A DNA stretch of 64,000 nucleotides, taken from positions 157,615-221,614 of the forward strand of contig CAYSDJ010000001.1 of assembly GCA_964429775.1 (NCBI GenBank), given 5' to 3'. Below the pieces are notes generated by a model that saw nothing but the letters and a program-made list of their open reading frames with translations, was not told the origin of the DNA and made no database searches. The DNA comes from an uncultured Rhizobiaceae bacterium (lineage in GTDB: Bacteria > Pseudomonadota > Alphaproteobacteria > UBA828). The translations under genes were made by a program, and so were the position numbers. This document shows positions 1-9,168 of the stretch, piece by piece. Each line of letters starts with the position of its first letter. Within the stretch, counting starts at the first letter, position 1.

Positions 1-1
1 A

Positions 2-511
2 CCGGCCGAGACTTTCTTCCGCACCTGCGGCCTCCGCTTCGACGCCATTCTCAGCCGCGCCGTGATGGAGCATCTCTACGATCCGCTCGCCGCACTTGAC
101 GACATGGCGGCGTGCCTGGCGCCCGGCGGCATCATGATCCACCGCATCGACCTGCGCGACCATGGCATGTTCGCCGGCCATCACCCGCTGACGCTGCTCA
201 CCCTTGGCGACGGCCTGCATCGCCGCATGACGCAGGGCGGCGGGCGGCCCAACCGGGTGCTGATCAACGCCTACCGCGATTGGCTCGCGCGTTCCGGCCT
301 GAGCGGCGAATTGACCATCAGCCGCCTCGCCGGAATCGCCCAAGAAATCGAGCCCGCACCCTGGGCAACGCTCGATAAAAGCGCCACATCGCGCGCCCTC
401 GCTTGCGTACGCGCCATCCGCCCGAGTCTCGCCGGTAAATTCAAAGGCTTGGCGGATGAGGATTTGGCGGTCGCCGGGCTGGTGTTGGTGGCGCGCAAGA
501 ACAACGCCTAG
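2..511 (+). CDS. Class I SAM-dependent methyltransferase, C-terminal part (5' end outside the window)
   Basis: Frame is open from position 2: FDAILSRAVMEHLYDP...LAPGGIMIHRIDLRDH, typical motif II/III region. Its stop overlaps the convergent stop at CTAG 508-511. Confidence 0.8.
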   Translation, partial: PAETFFRTCGLRFDAILSRAVMEHLYDPLAALDDMAACLAPGGIMIHRIDLRDHGMFAGHHPLTLLTLGDGLHRRMTQGGGRPNRVLINAYRDWLARSGLSGELTISRLAGIAQEIEPAPWATLDKSATSRALACVRAIRPSLAGKFKGLADEDLAVAGLVLVARKNNA

Positions 512-1587
512 CATAATTGCCTGAGAATATTCTCGAAGCGCCGGGCAACAGCAGCGGGTTCATGACCGGGCGGCAACAGGCTCGGCCTCGGCTTGTCCTC
601 GCCGCTTTTGCCGAACTCAGCCATCGCTGCAGCGAAGCCCGCGCCCCATGGCGCCACCGTTACGGCGCTGGCGGGCGCAGCCTTGGCTATTTCGGCGATG
701 GCGCCCGATTCGGGCGTGGCGATCACCGGCGTGCCGCAGGCCAGCGCCTCCAATGCGGCATTGGGCATGCCTTCCCAGCGCGATGGCATCAGGAAAGCAT
801 CCGCCGCTGCATAATGCGGCCACGGCTTTTGCACAAAACCCGGCAAATGAACTTTGTCACTCAGCCCAAGATCGTAACGTTTGGACTCGAGCGCCTTTCG
901 TTCCGGGCCTTCGCCGAGAATTGTCAGGCGGTTCTCGCCAGGCAGGTTGGCGAACGCCTCTATCAAGCGATCAAAACCCTTTTGCCGGGTGAGGCGGCCG
1001 GCGGCGATAAAATGAACCGAGTTCACATCTTCCGCAGCCAGCGTACCGATCGCGGCGCGGAGCGCCGATGCGTCAACCGGGTTTGGCAACAGATGCAAAC
1101 GCGTGCGTGCCACGCCGATATCGCCCGACATTTCCCCCATCATCATATGCGAGGTACAGAGAACGGCATCGGCGCGCGGATAATAGCGCCGGTAGAGCCA
1201 GCGCATCAGGCCGGGCCGGGGTCCGCCCGGCAGGCTGAGCGTCGGCATGTTCGCCTCGCGCACAATGATCTTTGTTCGAAACGGCAGCAGGATACGGCAG
1301 GCAAGGAGGGCGATATTGACATAGCCGAGCGAGGAGACCACGGCGCGTGGGCGCACGCGGCGAATCGCGCCGAGAAGCGCCGGCAAGGCATGGCGCAGGC
1401 GCGGCCGCGCCAAATCGGTGAGCGGCACATCTCCGGGCAAAGAATCCGAAAGCGGCCCATCGCCGTTCATGACAATGAGGGAGGGTGAAAATTGCGAACG
1501 ATCGATGGCGGCGAGCAGTTGCAGCATCACCCGCTCGGCGCCACCGCCAGCGAAGGACGGTAAAACAAAAGCGACGCGTGTGCTCAC
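508..1587 (-). CDS. Glycosyltransferase, GT4 family
   Basis: N-terminal LPSFAGGGAERV, AGRLTRQKGFD, and PSRWEGMPNAALEALACGTPV (E-x7-E motif). Confidence 0.9.
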   Translation of the reverse strand: MSTRVAFVLPSFAGGGAERVMLQLLAAIDRSQFSPSLIVMNGDGPLSDSLPGDVPLTDLARPRLRHALPALLGAIRRVRPRAVVSSLGYVNIALLACRILLPFRTKIIVREANMPTLSLPGGPRPGLMRWLYRRYYPRADAVLCTSHMMMGEMSGDIGVARTRLHLLPNPVDASALRAAIGTLAAEDVNSVHFIAAGRLTRQKGFDRLIEAFANLPGENRLTILGEGPERKALESKRYDLGLSDKVHLPGFVQKPWPHYAAADAFLMPSRWEGMPNAALEALACGTPVIATPESGAIAEIAKAAPASAVTVAPWGAGFAAAMAEFGKSGEDKPRPSLLPPGHEPAAVARRFENILRQLC

Positions 1588-1624
1588 GCGAACGCGTTAT
1601 TCCCTCTGCGCGGCATGATCGGGA

Positions 1625-2686
1625 TCAATTTGACCACTGCCCATCCGCGGTGAAAAATATTTGGTCCATATGGCGCACCATGCGCCGGCCATACGGTATC
1701 TTTGCCTGATAGGCCCGGACCGCATCAGGCGAGATCAAACCAAGCGCCAATTTGATCGCCAACCAGGGCTCATTAAAATCCCGGTCGTAGATGAACGTAC
1801 TTGTACGGGGATTAATTTCGATAAGTTTTCCGCCGATGAACTGGATGCTGAGATTATAGGAAAGCGGTATCTTGGCAATAATCGCTGCGGTTTTTTGCAC
1901 CAGCTCCGGACGCTCGATCAACTCGCCCTTGTCGATCACGCCCCAGCGATGGCTCTCGCGCGATTTAACCGTGGTCAGCAGAGCCTCGCCCTGATAACCG
2001 ATCGTCATGACATCGCATTCCTCACCTTGCATGACTTCCATGAGGAGCAATTCAGGGAAATCCGCTGCATCGCGAAAAATTCCACTGAATTCTTCGAGCG
2101 TCATATAGCGCGCTGTCGGTTTCTGATTGAGCAGTTGGTCGCGCCGGTCGACATTCTGCGAAAGGATGCGGAATCCCCGGCTCCCTTTGCTGACATGGGG
2201 TTTGAAGCAGAGATCGCGCTCTGGATAGCCCATATCGTGCGCGCAAGCGATGAAGTCATTCAGGGTTTCGGGGCTTACATATTGCGGCGCCAATTCAGCG
2301 CCGATCTCCGCAACGGCGCCGTAAAGTCTGAATTTATTGTCGGCGAGTTCGATCAAGTCGGCGTCGGAACCGACAAGGGTAACGCCCAGGGCTTCGATCT
2401 CGTTGCGCATGGACATGACATGCCAGACATCGTTGCCTGAAACGTTCAATAGCGCATCGGGGCGTACGCGCTCCAGGCACTCAAGGAGTGAGTCGCGATA
2501 GCCTTCGCCGCCCGCTTGCGGAATTTGTTGAAAGCCGTCACAGAGAAAACGCCCACATGCCTCGCCATCCATATCGACGCCGAAGATACGGACCTCCCGT
2601 TCGCCATTGCCTTTGAGTTGGCGAATAAGGGTCGGACTTTGCGGTGCACCTGCGGCGGTAATGAAAATCGTTAGAGGTGCGCTCAC
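1625..2686 (-). CDS. ATP-grasp domain protein (amide/amino-acid ligase-like)
   Basis: ADNKF, CFKPHVSKGSRG, LLMEVMQGEE and IEINPR ATP-grasp motifs; coupled to the upstream gene. Confidence 0.8.
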   Translation of the reverse strand: MSAPLTIFITAAGAPQSPTLIRQLKGNGEREVRIFGVDMDGEACGRFLCDGFQQIPQAGGEGYRDSLLECLERVRPDALLNVSGNDVWHVMSMRNEIEALGVTLVGSDADLIELADNKFRLYGAVAEIGAELAPQYVSPETLNDFIACAHDMGYPERDLCFKPHVSKGSRGFRILSQNVDRRDQLLNQKPTARYMTLEEFSGIFRDAADFPELLLMEVMQGEECDVMTIGYQGEALLTTVKSRESHRWGVIDKGELIERPELVQKTAAIIAKIPLSYNLSIQFIGGKLIEINPRTSTFIYDRDFNEPWLAIKLALGLISPDAVRAYQAKIPYGRRMVRHMDQIFFTADGQWSN

Positions 2687-4218
2687 GCCGCCCCCAGTTT
2701 TGAGCTACCGCTGACAGGCGCGAGACGCACGCGCGCCTCCTCGGCGAGACGGATTTGGCGGATGCCGACGGCATCTTCACGCGCATTCATCGCGTTTGCC
2801 TCATTGTCCTTGGCTTGCGCCAAAACGTAACCGACGGGGCGATATTGCGTGCCGACCAATTCCAGGCTTGAACTTGCGAGGCGGCCCGCCGTCAGGCGCC
2901 GGCCTTCGGCCACGGCGCGGGCAATGCCATCGGTCACATCTTCCGCATTGATCAGCCGGCCATCCTTCAGCCAGCCGACGATCGGCCGGCTCATGACCGT
3001 GTGGTGCCGGATAAAGGAGGTCATGACGCGCACATCGAGATGTTCGCCCGAGCCAATTTCGGCAAAGATCAGCGGCGCGACCAGGCGATCGGTAAAGACA
3101 TAGTCACCGCGCCGGAGGTATCGCGTGCGTTCCATGAATTCCTGATAGATCGAGACGAGCCCATCACGGCCTTTTGGGGAATAAAGCGCCGGCATGAGGA
3201 TATCGGGGGTAAGCAAATTATCGTGCAGATCCTTCATCGCATCGTCACGGCGGCCGATAATGCAGCGATACTCATCGTCCGGGCCAATATGGGTGGGGCA
3301 GATATCGCAGGCAATGCACGGCCTGATTTTGCGGCCAACCGGGTTGAGCAGACTGACCTCGGCATTGGCCGCCGCGAGGAAGGGCTCCAACGCCGCCGCC
3401 ATTTCACCTTGCCGGTCCTGCAGCAGCCAAACGCCGAGCCGTGGCGGATCGGAAAGCTCGGCCAGTTTTCCGGCGCCAAGCTCGGCCGAGACGCGCGCGA
3501 TACGCTTACCGGTGCCGATACATGTGTTGATACCGTAGGAGTCCTTCGGCGATGTTCCGACATCCCCGGCATGGGTGGTTCCGCCATATTGGGAAGTTGT
3601 GTCGGAATCGTTGCCGACGGCAAGCAGGCCCATATCGATCATGTCGAGCATTTGATAGATCAGGGTCGTTTCCTGCCCGCCATTGCGTTTTGCGCCGACG
3701 GCAAGCCCGCCATAAATTTTTCCGGCAAGGGCAGTGCGTAGACTTTCATCGGCCCGGATCATTTCGATCAGCCGCTGGCTGAGCGAGCCGCGATCGCCAA
3801 AATAAACCGGCGTGCTGAGAAGAATGCCATCGGCCGCGACCAGTGCCGCTTTAAGCGCGTCCAGCTCAACACCCGTACCGTCGGCACGAAAATGATTGGA
3901 GAGCGCAATATGATCAATGTCGGCGCCCTGATCGCAGGCCCCCCAGAGCGCGGCGGAGAGACATATTTCACTATTGGACAGGCCGCGCAGCCCTTGGGTC
4001 TTTTGCAGTTGCCGGTATATTTGATCGAACGGCAGGCCGTCCTTTCGGCCGGCCTCGACAAATTGATCGAGATGAATTTTCGCCTGCTCGCCGAGAAACG
4101 CATCGAGGCGTTCGCGGTTCTCCAAGGCGGCGATTTCCTGGGTTAGAATTTCCGCACCGGACTTCGATCGCGCGGCGCGCAAACTGGCTGACAGACCGAG
4201 GATAATGGGCTTGCTCAT
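2683..4218 (-). CDS. Two-domain flavodoxin-like / iron-sulfur flavoprotein (NADPH-dependent FMN reductase family)
   Basis: ADGILLSTPVYFG and AVGAKRNGGQETTL in domain 1; IRPCIACDIC...C cysteine motif in domain 2. Confidence 0.7.
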   Translation of the reverse strand: MSKPIILGLSASLRAARSKSGAEILTQEIAALENRERLDAFLGEQAKIHLDQFVEAGRKDGLPFDQIYRQLQKTQGLRGLSNSEICLSAALWGACDQGADIDHIALSNHFRADGTGVELDALKAALVAADGILLSTPVYFGDRGSLSQRLIEMIRADESLRTALAGKIYGGLAVGAKRNGGQETTLIYQMLDMIDMGLLAVGNDSDTTSQYGGTTHAGDVGTSPKDSYGINTCIGTGKRIARVSAELGAGKLAELSDPPRLGVWLLQDRQGEMAAALEPFLAAANAEVSLLNPVGRKIRPCIACDICPTHIGPDDEYRCIIGRRDDAMKDLHDNLLTPDILMPALYSPKGRDGLVSIYQEFMERTRYLRRGDYVFTDRLVAPLIFAEIGSGEHLDVRVMTSFIRHHTVMSRPIVGWLKDGRLINAEDVTDGIARAVAEGRRLTAGRLASSSLELVGTQYRPVGYVLAQAKDNEANAMNAREDAVGIRQIRLAEEARVRLAPVSGSSKLGAA

Positions 4219-4281
4219 GATCTAACCTTCCATGACAGATTATGCGATTGTCTCATTCATGAATCGACATCACAAGTTTTA

Positions 4282-4298
4282 TGTTCAAAAATTGAACA
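4282..4298. promoter_or_regulatory. Palindromic operator-like site TGTTCA-N5-TGAACA
   Basis: tgttca aaaat tgaaca, just upstream of the 4218 start; same motif occurs three times at 46599-46678. Confidence 0.6.
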
Positions 4299-5340
4299 CT
4301 ACTGTTTTAGCGGTCTTTGGGCTTGGAAAGGCGCTTTCCACATCGCCGATACCGTGGTCATGCAAAGCGCCGCCATCGAGTTTCATATGACATTCGGCGG
4401 GTGGCTCGGCGAGCTTGTGAAAACCTGATATTTCGGCCGCGCTATCCAACTCCATGCGCCGATAAAGGCCGGCCTCCAAGTGATTTCCAAGCGCCGTCTG
4501 AACGCCGTTGCCAAACACCACGCCAAGGCCCAGGTCGCGCGCCAGGCGAGCCAGTGATACCGTTTCGGCCAGGCCGGCATGCTTGCACAGCTTGAGCTTG
4601 ACCAGGTCTGCCGATGGCGCGGCGCGCTCGATATCCCGCCGTGTCCATATCGATTCGTCGAGCATCAAAGGCAGAGGATTTTGCGCCGCAAAGCGCGCGT
4701 GCAGTTCCCATTCGGCGGGGGTAAAAGGCTGCTCGATGAGCGCCACCGGGCATTCCGCCACGGCGTGGCTCAGTTCCATCGCCGCCTCGAATGTGAGCGC
4801 CTGATTGGCATCAAGGCGAAGCCAGACGCCATCGGGAACAGCCTTGCCGACAGCGCGAATGCGCGCGATATCCCCTGCAACGCCATCGGCGCCGATTTTC
4901 AGTTTGAGTGTTTCGAATCCGGCGTCGGTCAGGCGCCGCGCGGCACGCGCCGCCGCTTCCGCCGTCTCGCCACTACACAGCACGGCAACGGGAATGGCGC
5001 CTTCAACCGGCGCGGCAAATGATTTCTCGACCCCTTCTTGCCAGGTTTCCCCGGCGCAAGCCAAGGCACTCGCCACCATCGGCGCGCGCCCGCAAAGTTC
5101 ATCCACCACCGTTTGGAAGGGAACGGAACGGCTTAGAGAATCCAGAGCGCCATCCAGCGCCGCCTGCACGGATTCGATTGTCTCATCGGAATAGCCGGGC
5201 AGCGGAGTCACTTCAGCAAAACCGATTCTTCCCGCGCCTTCAATTTTCACGAAGGCCGTGTCGAAGGCGTGCAATGTCGCAAAAGACAGATGGTAAGGCT
5301 GCTTGAGCGCATGGCGCCGGACCCAGTAGGACAAATTCAT
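4285..5340 (-). CDS. Enolase superfamily enzyme (muconate cycloisomerase / OSB synthase / racemase subgroup)
   Basis: KLKIG (KxK), LDANQ, IEQP, LDES metal ligands, and a second Lys in VKLKLCK. Confidence 0.8.
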   Translation of the reverse strand: MNLSYWVRRHALKQPYHLSFATLHAFDTAFVKIEGAGRIGFAEVTPLPGYSDETIESVQAALDGALDSLSRSVPFQTVVDELCGRAPMVASALACAGETWQEGVEKSFAAPVEGAIPVAVLCSGETAEAAARAARRLTDAGFETLKLKIGADGVAGDIARIRAVGKAVPDGVWLRLDANQALTFEAAMELSHAVAECPVALIEQPFTPAEWELHARFAAQNPLPLMLDESIWTRRDIERAAPSADLVKLKLCKHAGLAETVSLARLARDLGLGVVFGNGVQTALGNHLEAGLYRRMELDSAAEISGFHKLAEPPAECHMKLDGGALHDHGIGDVESAFPSPKTAKTVVFNF

Positions 5341-6527
5341 CTACCGAGCACCCGGTCATAGATTGCCGAAACCTCGGCGGCGCGCCCCGCACCATCAAAC
5401 AGCGCCGCCGCTTTTTCCCGGTTTGCCCGGGCAAATTTATCTCTCAGGCCGGGCTCATCGCGCAGCCGCACAAGATGATCCGCGATGCGCTCTGCATTAA
5501 ACTCAACATCCATAAACCCGTTCACACCATCTTCGATAAAGGTTTGGTAATCACCGAGGGTCACCACGCCGCGCCCGGCGGACATCGCCTCAATAATATC
5601 GCGCCCCCAGGGATTCGATTCACGAGTCAGCTTTATCAGGCAATCGGTCGCGATCAGTGCCCGGTCAGGTGGCGTCACATGCCCGGGAAGAAGTACCGTT
5701 TCGCCAAGGCCGCTTGCCGTGATACGGGCCAAGATATTGTCCAAATAGCGGTTGCGCGCAAACGGCAGGCGGCGCGTATTGGCCAGGCGGCCGCATAGAA
5801 AAAAAACAATGTCATCGCGCCCCCGGCGATGCAGAATTTCAGCCACATCGACCACCCGGTCGACGCCCCGGTTGGGCGAGAAATTGGTGAGCGACAGGAC
5901 GCGAAGGACATCGGCCGGCTCGCTCAGTTCCGCCAGCGGCACAAGGTCCTGCGGCACGGGCGGCGAGATATTGTAGACCGTGGATGTATTTTCGTCGCTA
6001 AATACCGCGCCGGCAAGTTCGCGAAAATGATCACGATTGCGCTCGGTAATAAAAATGACGTGCGCGGCATCGCGGGCAATGGCGCGATAAGCCCGGCGCG
6101 CAAAATAACCGGATATCAATTGTGTGCGCACATGGCACACCCAGGGAAGGCCCAATCGGCGGGCGATCTCCCGGCCAACCAGCGCTAAACTTTCATGATT
6201 GACATGGACAAGACGGATATTCTCGCGCGCCTTAATTTTCTGCAGGCGCACCATGACGTCGTTCAGTTTTCGGCAGCCCCAAAGATAGATCAGGTAGGCA
6301 AGGGCATTTTTCCGTTCGGCCGGACGAAAGGAGGGTATTTCCGGCAGCGTCATATGAGGAACGCCAATCTCGTCATAGCGCTCTGAAATCGGCCCGTCCC
6401 GGCGGGTCACCGCGAACGGGCGGTAGCGCCCGCGATCGAGATGCTCGATCAAATAAAACATCGAGCGCGAAGAGCCGCCCCAGCCACCTTCCAAATCGAG
6501 ATAAAGAATTCCGGGCGCCTCGCTCAC
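5337..6527 (-). CDS. Glycosyltransferase, GT4-like
   Basis: Likely GTG start at 6527 (VSEAPGILYLDLEGGWGGSSRS); NPWGRDIIEAMSAG C-terminal motif. Confidence 0.8.
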   Translation of the reverse strand: MSEAPGILYLDLEGGWGGSSRSMFYLIEHLDRGRYRPFAVTRRDGPISERYDEIGVPHMTLPEIPSFRPAERKNALAYLIYLWGCRKLNDVMVRLQKIKARENIRLVHVNHESLALVGREIARRLGLPWVCHVRTQLISGYFARRAYRAIARDAAHVIFITERNRDHFRELAGAVFSDENTSTVYNISPPVPQDLVPLAELSEPADVLRVLSLTNFSPNRGVDRVVDVAEILHRRGRDDIVFFLCGRLANTRRLPFARNRYLDNILARITASGLGETVLLPGHVTPPDRALIATDCLIKLTRESNPWGRDIIEAMSAGRGVVTLGDYQTFIEDGVNGFMDVEFNAERIADHLVRLRDEPGLRDKFARANREKAAALFDGAGRAAEVSAIYDRVLGR

Positions 6528-6531
6528 GGCC

Positions 6532-7473
6532 TCACCACAGCACCGGATCGTCGTCGCGGCAGACCTCGAGGCGCGCCCAACCACCAGACCCGTAGCGCCA
6601 CAAATCGCTGACATGTCCGTTTGGCCCTTCGCCGCCAAACAACCACAACTGATTGTCCGTCGAAGCGCAGGCGGCCTTGGCGTGATACCCCGGACCGGCA
6701 CCCGCCAGAGCCTTCCAGGCACCGTCGAATATCCAGCTATCGCTAAAATTCATTTTAGCATTGGTTTTGGAGCGCCCACCGAACAGGAGCAGCTTTCCAT
6801 CGCGCAAACCAAAAGCCGGACAGTAGCGAGCGGGCGGCCCGTCCGCCGTCAATTGACGCCAGCGGCTGGTGGCGAACTCAAAGCGCCATAAATCCGCCCG
6901 GTCCTGAATTCCGTCATAGCCGCCAAATACATAAAATCCCGTTTCATCCGCCACCCAGCCGAAGCCATAGCGCTCACCGGGCCCGCTCGATGCTTGCGCG
7001 ACCGGGCGCCAGCGGCATTGCTTGGGATCGAATGCCCACATGTCGTCAAAATACTGCGCCTGTTTGGTGCCAGGCGCCTGCGCCATGCCGCCATAGAGAA
7101 TCAAACGCGAGCCATCTGAAACCAGCGCGGCGGCGTAGCGCCGGGGCGGGCGAATTTCTCCCGCATCAATTTCCCGCCACACGCCGTCATAGCGCCAAAC
7201 ATGGTCGTAAAAGATAACGGCGCCATCTGAAACGCCGCAGCCGCCAAACAAATAAAGTGAATCATCATATACGCAGAGACTGGCATAGCGCGCCGCACCT
7301 GGCCCACCCTCCGCCAAACACTGCCAACTTCCATCGTAGCGCCAAAGCTCGGCGCTGACATCGGTCGGCGCGACCCCGCCGCCCGCGCCGAAGCCACCGA
7401 AGAAATGGAAATCGCCGCGCCACACGGCCGCCCCGGCGGAGCGCCGTGCACGCGGCGAGGTGTTATGCGTCAC
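6532..7473 (-). CDS. Kelch-repeat beta-propeller protein
   Basis: Six FGG/YGG...D-x-W repeats; likely GTG start at 7473, just after the wbpE stop; no obvious signal peptide. Confidence 0.8.
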   Translation of the reverse strand: MTHNTSPRARRSAGAAVWRGDFHFFGGFGAGGGVAPTDVSAELWRYDGSWQCLAEGGPGAARYASLCVYDDSLYLFGGCGVSDGAVIFYDHVWRYDGVWREIDAGEIRPPRRYAAALVSDGSRLILYGGMAQAPGTKQAQYFDDMWAFDPKQCRWRPVAQASSGPGERYGFGWVADETGFYVFGGYDGIQDRADLWRFEFATSRWRQLTADGPPARYCPAFGLRDGKLLLFGGRSKTNAKMNFSDSWIFDGAWKALAGAGPGYHAKAACASTDNQLWLFGGEGPNGHVSDLWRYGSGGWARLEVCRDDDPVLW

Positions 7474-7477
7474 GCGT

Positions 7478-8596
7478 TTAGAGATGACGCTCGATCGCCT
7501 CGCAGATTTGCCGGTTGGTGGCCTCATCCATATCGGGATGCATGGGCAGGCTCAGAACCCGGGCCGCCAAATTTTCACTCACCGGAAGCGACCCGGGACC
7601 ATCACCATAGCGGAGATAGGCGGGTTGCAAATGCAAGGGCCGGGGATAGTGAATCGCGGTCGGAATGCCGTCTTCGCGGAGCGCCGCCGCCAAATCGTCG
7701 CGATCCGCTACCTGGATAGTGTATTGCGCCCAGGCGCTCTGGCTGCCCGGCATGCGTCCCGGCCGCAAGGCGGCGGCGGGCAAATGCTGATCATAATATT
7801 GCGCCACCTTTTCGCGCGCTTCGATTTCAGCCGCGAAACCCGGCAGCTTGGCCAGCAGCACCGCCGCCTGAAGCGTATCCAGCCGCGAATTCATGCCGAT
7901 GCGCACAACATCATATTTAGCGTCGCCGGTGCCATGGCCGCGCAGCGAGCGCCACAGCGCGGCGCGCGGCGCATCATCGGTAAAGAGCGCGCCGCCATCG
8001 CCGTAACAGCCGAGCGGCTTGGCCGGAAAGAAACTGCTAACCGTCGCCGGCGCCAGCGCGCCAACGGCGCGGCCGCGATATTGCGCGCCCATGCTTTGCG
8101 CGGCATCGGCGAGCAGAAAGAGATCATGCGCGGCGGCAATCTTGCCAAGTTCCTCGTAATCCGCCGGCAGGCCAAAGAGATCGACCGGAATGACGGCGCG
8201 CGGCGTCAATCGTCCAGCTGCCTTCACTGCCGCGATCTTGCGCTCCAGATCAGCGTGATCGATGAGAAAATTCTCACCGTCGACATCGACAAACACAGGT
8301 TCGGCACCGACCATCAGCACCGTCTCGGCGGTCGCGGTAAAGGTGAAGCCGGGAATAAACACGGCATCGCCCGGGCCGATATTCTCGCCCATCAATGCCA
8401 AGGTAAGCGCGTCGGTGCCGTTGGCGCAGCTCACCACATGGGCGACACCGACATGCGCCGCCAACGCCGCTTCGAATTCGCCCACTTCGGGTCCGAGAAT
8501 AAACCGGCCATGCTCGAGCACACGCTCAATGCCGGCATCTATTTCCGGCTTGAGGCGCCCATACTGGGCCTTGAGATCAATAAACGGGATGTTCAC
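7478..8596 (-). CDS. wbpE: DegT/DnrJ aminotransferase, WbpE-like (UDP-3-oxo-GlcNAcA aminotransferase)
   Basis: IPFIDLKAQY, ADAAQS, SFFPAKPLGCYGDGG, NSRLDTLQAA; adjacent to wbpD/wbpB. Confidence 0.85.
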   Translation of the reverse strand: MNIPFIDLKAQYGRLKPEIDAGIERVLEHGRFILGPEVGEFEAALAAHVGVAHVVSCANGTDALTLALMGENIGPGDAVFIPGFTFTATAETVLMVGAEPVFVDVDGENFLIDHADLERKIAAVKAAGRLTPRAVIPVDLFGLPADYEELGKIAAAHDLFLLADAAQSMGAQYRGRAVGALAPATVSSFFPAKPLGCYGDGGALFTDDAPRAALWRSLRGHGTGDAKYDVVRIGMNSRLDTLQAAVLLAKLPGFAAEIEAREKVAQYYDQHLPAAALRPGRMPGSQSAWAQYTIQVADRDDLAAALREDGIPTAIHYPRPLHLQPAYLRYGDGPGSLPVSENLAARVLSLPMHPDMDEATNRQICEAIERHL

Positions 8597-8601
8597 TTGA
8601 G

Positions 8602-9168
8602 TTATCCTTTGAGAATGAGTTGGCCGTTCGTTTCTTCATATTGTTCGCCGCTGCGCGGGCACACCAGATCGCCGCCGAGCACTTCGCCGGTGCGCGAGAC
8701 CCAGCCCGTCCGGCGCGCGGGATTGCCGAGCACAAGGGCATGCGGGGAGACGTCCTTGGTGACCACCGCGCCAGCGCCGATCATGGCGAATTCACCGATC
8801 GTCACGCCGCAAATGATCACCGCGTTGGCGCCGATGGTGGCGCCCTTTTTCACCAGGATGGGAAGGAACTCGTCCTTTCTCTCGACAAAGGCGCGCGGTG
8901 TCAGAACATTGGTGAACACACAGGAGGGACCACAGAAAACATCCTCCTCCAAAGTGACGCCCTTATATATAGAGACATTGTTCTGAACCTTGCAGCCCGC
9001 GCCAATGGTGACATCGGGACCGACCATCACATTCTGACCAAGTATGCAATTGTCGCCGATGCGGCTACCGGAAAGCACATGCGAGAAATGCCAAACCTTG
9101 CAACCGGCACCAAGAATGGCGCCTTCGTCGACGACGGCAGAGGCGTGAATGAAAGCTGCGCCCGTCAT
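8602..9168 (-). CDS. wbpD: Hexapeptide-repeat N-acetyltransferase, WbpD-like
   Basis: FIHASAVVDEGA, WHFSHV, KVQNNVSIY, GPSCVFTNV; TGATG overlap with wbpB. Confidence 0.85.
   Translation of the reverse strand: MTGAAFIHASAVVDEGAILGAGCKVWHFSHVLSGSRIGDNCILGQNVMVGPDVTIGAGCKVQNNVSIYKGVTLEEDVFCGPSCVFTNVLTPRAFVERKDEFLPILVKKGATIGANAVIICGVTIGEFAMIGAGAVVTKDVSPHALVLGNPARRTGWVSRTGEVLGGDLVCPRSGEQYEETNGQLILKG

Noticed and set aside
4285-5340. Calling the enolase-family gene menC
   Set aside because: No other menaquinone genes are nearby and the motifs do not discriminate among subgroup activities.
5799-5806. A8 tract in a GT gene (also A7/T7 tracts near 28913, 29501, 32265) as phase-variation sites
   Set aside because: Short tracts encoding Phe/Lys runs in intact frames; no sign of slippage.
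7460-8986. 508-aa plus-strand ORF opposite wbpE/wbpD
   Set aside because: Codon-aligned shadow of GC-rich genes; no motifs and no coupling to any plus-strand gene.
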